Source of the DNA: a virus
Lineage: Duplodnaviria > Caudoviricetes
Strand: one strand, 5' to 3'
Length of the DNA stretch: 37,950 bases
Virus record (IMG/VR): IMGVR_UViG_3300009181_000168
Location: 1-37,950 of that record
Shown: positions 33,729-37,950 of the stretch, in pieces
Layout of the letters: every line of letters begins with the position of its first letter
How positions within the stretch are numbered: the first letter of the stretch is position 1
Position numbers and translations under genes: made by a program
Notes under the pieces: generated by a model
The model's input: only the letters and a program-made list of their open reading frames with translations
Told to the model about the DNA's origin: nothing
Databases searched by the model: none

Positions 33729-35671
33729 AAGCCTGGGAACCACCCAAACCACAAGATGTCATAGACCTATGGAACAAAGCCGACCGTTATCTGTTAAAAG
33801 AACGCCGGGACTACTGGATGAACGCATCCTACAACAGCGGTCAACAATGGATTTGGTGGGATCAGACCCGCAACATCGTGCAAGAACTGGACTACGCCAA
33901 CGACAACGAACGGTACACCCGCATCACCGTAGACAAGTTTGGCCCTCGCACAACAAACCTTCTATCCCGAATGACACGCTCCCCACTTGTATGGGAAGTT
34001 GAACCATCAGGAACCGATGACGCATCAGCCCGTCGCCAACGCTTACAAGAACAACTACTTCTATCGGAAGCCCAAGAACAAGACTGGGCAGACATCCGCG
34101 AAGAACACCTTCTTCAAACCCTTTATGGTGGATCGGCAGCCGTATCGGTTGAATGGGATCCTCAATTAGGCAAGGTTGTTGCCACCGATCCCGTGACTTC
34201 TATCCCAATCCCTGCTGGTGGTGTACGCCTTACACCTCTCGGTATCAGCGAATTCTGTTTAGAACCAGGTTCACCATCCGTTGATGACGCTCGCTACTGG
34301 ATCAAATGTGTTGCGCTACCCCCTGAGCAGGTTAAAGAACGCTACGATCTTGACTGGGAACCCGCACCTGACGCAGAAGCATCATTGTCATCACGCCACC
34401 GCACATTGCTGTCGCGTCGACCACAAGGTCAACCGCCCCGCCTAACCCTTGTTTACTGCTACTACGAACGCCCAACTACCCGCACCCCTGGATGTGTAGT
34501 TCACGTTGTGAATAACAAGCAGGTATACGCCTACGGAGACGGTCAAGGCTGGCCGTTCCCGTTCACACACCTCAACATCGCTATCGGTATTCAACGCAAA
34601 ATTCCTCGCACATGGGTCGGAAACACCCTTCTTACCCCGGCACGAGATATCCAATACGCCTACAACCGTGCGCGTTCAACCATCCTTGAACATATGCGTA
34701 AAGCTGCTAACGCTCGACTTATGGTTCCCGCAGGATCAATTGAAGACTCCGACACCATTACGACCGACCCAGCCGATGTACTTGAATACAACGCCGAACT
34801 AGGCGAACCGCATTGGCAGTCAGCACCCGAAGTCCCCCGCTGGATCAGTAACGAGGCAGCACAACTAGAAGCTGAATTGGACGACATCTTTTTCACTCAT
34901 GCTGTAACTCGTGGTCAAGCCCCTGGTGACCGTAACTCAGGACTTGCTTTATCGGTATTGGCTGAAAAGGACGACACCCCGTTAGCACCAATGGCACGCA
35001 ACCAGTCTGCTGTTTGGGCGCGTCTTGGACAGATGACTTTACAGATGTACCGTACCTACGCCCAGCAGTCAGGCATGGTGCGCTCACAAACGATTACCAC
35101 CCAGCAAGGCTCAACCGTTCAATTTGAATGGACAGCCGAAGACATTGATGAATTCCCTCAAGTCAAAGTCCCGTTAGACGCGACAGCACCACGATCCAAG
35201 ATTGCCACCCAGTCAGTTATTACTTCGCTGGCACAAACATTCCCGGCAGCGTTTCAAAACATTGACGGCCCAAGCCTGTCAAGAATGCTTGATCTTCCCG
35301 ACCCTAAAGGTTTCTTAGCATCATCCGACCCCGATGTCGCCAAAGCCGAATGGGAAAACGGACTACTTATGCAAGCCACACCTGTTATGCCAGCCGATTT
35401 TGACGACCACGCCAAACACATCGCACAGCACAACCGTGAACGCAAATCCCCTGCATACGAACTTGCGACACCCGATGTCCGTCAAGCAATTGATGTTCAC
35501 GTCCAAGCCCACCAAAAGCTTGCAGCCGACGAAGCAGCAGCTCAACTCGCCCAACAGCAACAGATGCCGGGATCAGAAACGCTCCCGCAAGCCAATGAAG
35601 CACCTGGCTCATTGGTTCCACAAGCACAAACAGGACAGCCAGGACAACCACAGGAGACACCCCCACAATGA
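33725..35671 (+). CDS. Portal protein (P22-like)
   Basis: 648 aa between TerL and scaffold; RGQAPG...SGLALSVLAEKDD, DDHAKHIAQH, Gln-rich tail. Confidence 0.85.
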   Translation: MKAWEPPKPQDVIDLWNKADRYLLKERRDYWMNASYNSGQQWIWWDQTRNIVQELDYANDNERYTRITVDKFGPRTTNLLSRMTRSPLVWEVEPSGTDDASARRQRLQEQLLLSEAQEQDWADIREEHLLQTLYGGSAAVSVEWDPQLGKVVATDPVTSIPIPAGGVRLTPLGISEFCLEPGSPSVDDARYWIKCVALPPEQVKERYDLDWEPAPDAEASLSSRHRTLLSRRPQGQPPRLTLVYCYYERPTTRTPGCVVHVVNNKQVYAYGDGQGWPFPFTHLNIAIGIQRKIPRTWVGNTLLTPARDIQYAYNRARSTILEHMRKAANARLMVPAGSIEDSDTITTDPADVLEYNAELGEPHWQSAPEVPRWISNEAAQLEAELDDIFFTHAVTRGQAPGDRNSGLALSVLAEKDDTPLAPMARNQSAVWARLGQMTLQMYRTYAQQSGMVRSQTITTQQGSTVQFEWTAEDIDEFPQVKVPLDATAPRSKIATQSVITSLAQTFPAAFQNIDGPSLSRMLDLPDPKGFLASSDPDVAKAEWENGLLMQATPVMPADFDDHAKHIAQHNRERKSPAYELATPDVRQAIDVHVQAHQKLAADEAAAQLAQQQQMPGSETLPQANEAPGSLVPQAQTGQPGQPQETPPQ

Positions 35672-36393
35672 GCGATTTCAACCCCGAAGGTGTAGTGGAT
35701 ACTGCACCAGTAGAAGGTTCAGAAACTACCAATGATGTCAATTGGGAAGATAAGTACCGATCAGAAGTAGCAGACCGTGTAAAAGAACGCGAACGCTACA
35801 AGCCAATCGCACAAACTTTCGCCAAAATGCACCCCGACGACGCTCGTGCCGTACAAGAATTTGCTAACGCTTTCGCATCAGGAGACACCGATACCGCTGT
35901 TCGATGGATGGTAGACAACGCCAAAACCCTGGCAGGGGAACGCTTTGACACTTTTATCAGCCCACAAGCACAAGCTGCCATTGGCCAGCAAGCAGTTCAA
36001 GAAGGCTATCAAGCAGGACTAACCCCCGATCAGGTTGAACAACTCGTCGAACAACGGATGAACCAGTACGCCCAAGCACAAGTACAAACACAATACGAAC
36101 GCCAAATTGAGGAGACGCTCGCAGAACATGGACTTCAACCTGATACGCCTTTGGCAACCGCAGCAATCGTCGCAGCTTCCCGCCGACCCGACCTTGACCT
36201 TTCCATGGCAATTTGGGAAATGGAAGAACAAGTTCTATCCCAAGCGCAGCAGATCGCAGCAAAGCGTTCAGAGGCAGGTAGCCAAATGGGGACACCCATC
36301 ATCAATGGGCAAGCCTCAACCAACCTCGCAGGACAAAACTTGAGTCCTCGTGAACGAGCTATGGCACGACTGCAACAAAACGGTTTGAACTAG
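35668..36393 (+). CDS. Capsid scaffolding protein
   Basis: Acidic N-terminus, helical Ala/Gln-rich body, C-terminal SPRERAMARL helix; between portal and capsid. Confidence 0.75.
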   Translation: MSDFNPEGVVDTAPVEGSETTNDVNWEDKYRSEVADRVKERERYKPIAQTFAKMHPDDARAVQEFANAFASGDTDTAVRWMVDNAKTLAGERFDTFISPQAQAAIGQQAVQEGYQAGLTPDQVEQLVEQRMNQYAQAQVQTQYERQIEETLAEHGLQPDTPLATAAIVAASRRPDLDLSMAIWEMEEQVLSQAQQIAAKRSEAGSQMGTPIINGQASTNLAGQNLSPRERAMARLQQNGLN

Positions 36394-36438
36394 CTATTTG
36401 ACAAACAGATGTTGTAGTGGTGTAGCATTACTTCTGTA

Positions 36439-36505
36439 CCTCGGACGAGGCGCACCACATACAACCACATAACATCGGAAGATGCAAGGCAACGCTGGAT
36501 GGCGT
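36439..36505 (+). promoter_or_regulatory. Three GGAN-loop hairpins in the major capsid leader
   Basis: CCTC-GGAC-GAGG, CATC-GGAA-GATG, ACGCT-GGAT-GGCGT. Confidence 0.55.
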
Positions 36506-36564
36506 GAACCATTGACAAGGTTGTGAACCCCCACATTCACTCACCCTCTTAAAGGAAACCCACC

Positions 36565-37833
36565 ATGCCCGCAACACTCTCAACCGTTGATGCCATCCTC
36601 AAGGATGACTACAAGGAATATCTCGACAACCTCAATGATGCGAACTTCATTCTTTCGCAAGTTGAAACCCGCAAAGACACCGTCCAGGGTCGTATTGCCC
36701 GCCACGCCGTCCACCTCGGACGCTCAAGTGGTGTCGGCGCACGAGCCGAAAACGCAACACTTCCAACCGCAGGAAACCAGGCTTTCGCAACCGTCCCGGT
36801 TCCCGTTCGTTACGTCTACGGACGCATCCAGCTTTCAGGCCCAACCATCAAGCAGGCAGTTACCGACCGTGGTGCTTTCATTGATGCTTTGGATGCCGAA
36901 ATGGAAGGCATTAAGAAGGACGCGATGAAGGATGTCAACCGTCAGTTGTGGGGTACGTCAAACGGCGTTATCGCACAATGTGGTACGACCACGGCAGCAA
37001 CTACTGTTGTCTTGGCTTCAACCACAGGTACGACCGCACTCCGTCAGTTGTTCTTTGATGGTGGCATGGTTGTTGACATCGGAACCGTCGCATCCCCGAC
37101 GACCATTGCATCAGCTCGTACCATCAGCTCGGTCGACGAAACCAACAAGACCATCGCCATCTCAGGTGCAGCAGTCACGACCACTTCAAGCCACTACGTT
37201 TTCCGTAGCGGTGCAGGTGGAGCGTCCAGCAACACAGGTCAGCCTGGCGACGGACAGATCGAATTGACTGGTCTTCAGACCATCGTTGACGACACCGCAG
37301 TCCTGCACACAATCAACCCTTCGTCACAACCGAAGTGGAAGTCCTATGTGAACAGCAACTCGGGAACCAACCGTTCCATCACCGAAACCCTCATCACAGG
37401 CTCCATCATGAAGACCTTGACCAACTCGGGCAAGAAGCCTTCGTTGTTGGTTTCGGCTGAAGGTGTCAACTTGGCCATCTCCAACTTGTTGCTCTCATTG
37501 AAGCGCAACATGGAGCAGACCTCGTTGAAGGGTGGCTACGCAGGTATCCAGTTCTACAGCCCGTCTGTCAGCGGCAAGGGCGACGAACGCCCGACCGCCT
37601 TGTACGCAGACTTCGACTGCCCGAACAACCGCCTGTACGGCATCAACCCTGAAGTCTTGACCTACCACCAGGTTGGCGACGGATTCCAGTTCATGGACTT
37701 GGACGGTGCAGTAATGAACCGTAAGCCCGACGTTGATGCCTACGAAGCAACCATGTACGCCTACGGCGAACTTGCTTGCAAGCAGCGCAACGCCCACTTC
37801 GTCATCAAGGACATCACCGAGGTGAGCATCTGA
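36565..37833 (+). CDS. Major capsid protein (HK97 fold)
   Basis: AAAGGA RBS; 422 aa; LKDDY...YGRIQLSG...MKDVNRQLWG...YGELAC..RNAH pattern; after scaffold. Confidence 0.9.
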   Translation: MPATLSTVDAILKDDYKEYLDNLNDANFILSQVETRKDTVQGRIARHAVHLGRSSGVGARAENATLPTAGNQAFATVPVPVRYVYGRIQLSGPTIKQAVTDRGAFIDALDAEMEGIKKDAMKDVNRQLWGTSNGVIAQCGTTTAATTVVLASTTGTTALRQLFFDGGMVVDIGTVASPTTIASARTISSVDETNKTIAISGAAVTTTSSHYVFRSGAGGASSNTGQPGDGQIELTGLQTIVDDTAVLHTINPSSQPKWKSYVNSNSGTNRSITETLITGSIMKTLTNSGKKPSLLVSAEGVNLAISNLLLSLKRNMEQTSLKGGYAGIQFYSPSVSGKGDERPTALYADFDCPNNRLYGINPEVLTYHQVGDGFQFMDLDGAVMNRKPDVDAYEATMYAYGELACKQRNAHFVIKDITEVSI

Positions 37834-37950
37834 TGGCAGCTTCAGTCAGTATTACATCTGGCCCTGAAGTTCCAGGTTCGCGTAAAGAAGTCATTGGTGT
37901 TATCACTTTTGACAGTTCGTACGCTACTGGTGGTGAAGAAGTCACTTTGG
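37833..37950 (+). CDS. 5' part of small virion protein (probable decoration protein), truncated by window end
   Basis: TGATG-coupled to capsid gene; MAASVSITSGPEVPGSRKEVIGVITFDSSYATGGEEVTL... Confidence 0.75.
   Translation, partial: MAASVSITSGPEVPGSRKEVIGVITFDSSYATGGEEVTL

Noticed and set aside
36398-36428. Sigma70 promoter TTGACA...TAGCAT before the capsid leader
   Set aside because: Spacer is 19 nt, outside the usual 16-18; possible but not supportable enough to list

Overview
The window is a near-complete (~38 kb, apparently circularly permuted) genome of a tailed dsDNA phage with podovirus-like (P22/T7-type) architecture. The WhiB regulator, SLT lipoprotein, Gp88 proteins and leaderless-type promoters point to an actinobacterial host. 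Both ends fall inside what looks like one small gene after the major capsid gene, so little sequence seems to be missing. Plus-strand order: tail fibre and chaperone, adaptor, nozzle, metallophosphoesterase cluster, lysis cassette, four probable ejection/internal virion proteins (one of 1921 aa), RusA, four small basic low-complexity proteins, SLT lipoprotein, RecT-like protein, WhiB and two DNA methyltransferases. A leftward block follows (integrase-like gene, Gp88-like gene, small early genes), then ~1 kb of non-coding DNA, then putative TerS, a second Gp88, TerL, portal, scaffold and major capsid. Most notable: (1) I recognise no replication protein, yet a ~480-nt stem-loop-dense non-coding element runs into iteron-like repeats and a G-tract, a candidate large ncRNA or RNA-primed origin; (2) the integrase-like protein lacks most catalytic residues; (3) the C5-methyltransferase gene hides a second-frame ORF recalling the M.EcoHK31I beta subunit; (4) two divergent Gp88 radical-SAM-like paralogues, one preceded by a mini tRNA-like element; (5) three GGA-loop hairpins in the capsid leader; (6) a WhiB with a 22-residue spacer replacing CxxC. 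All calls come from motif recognition by eye; no searches were run.
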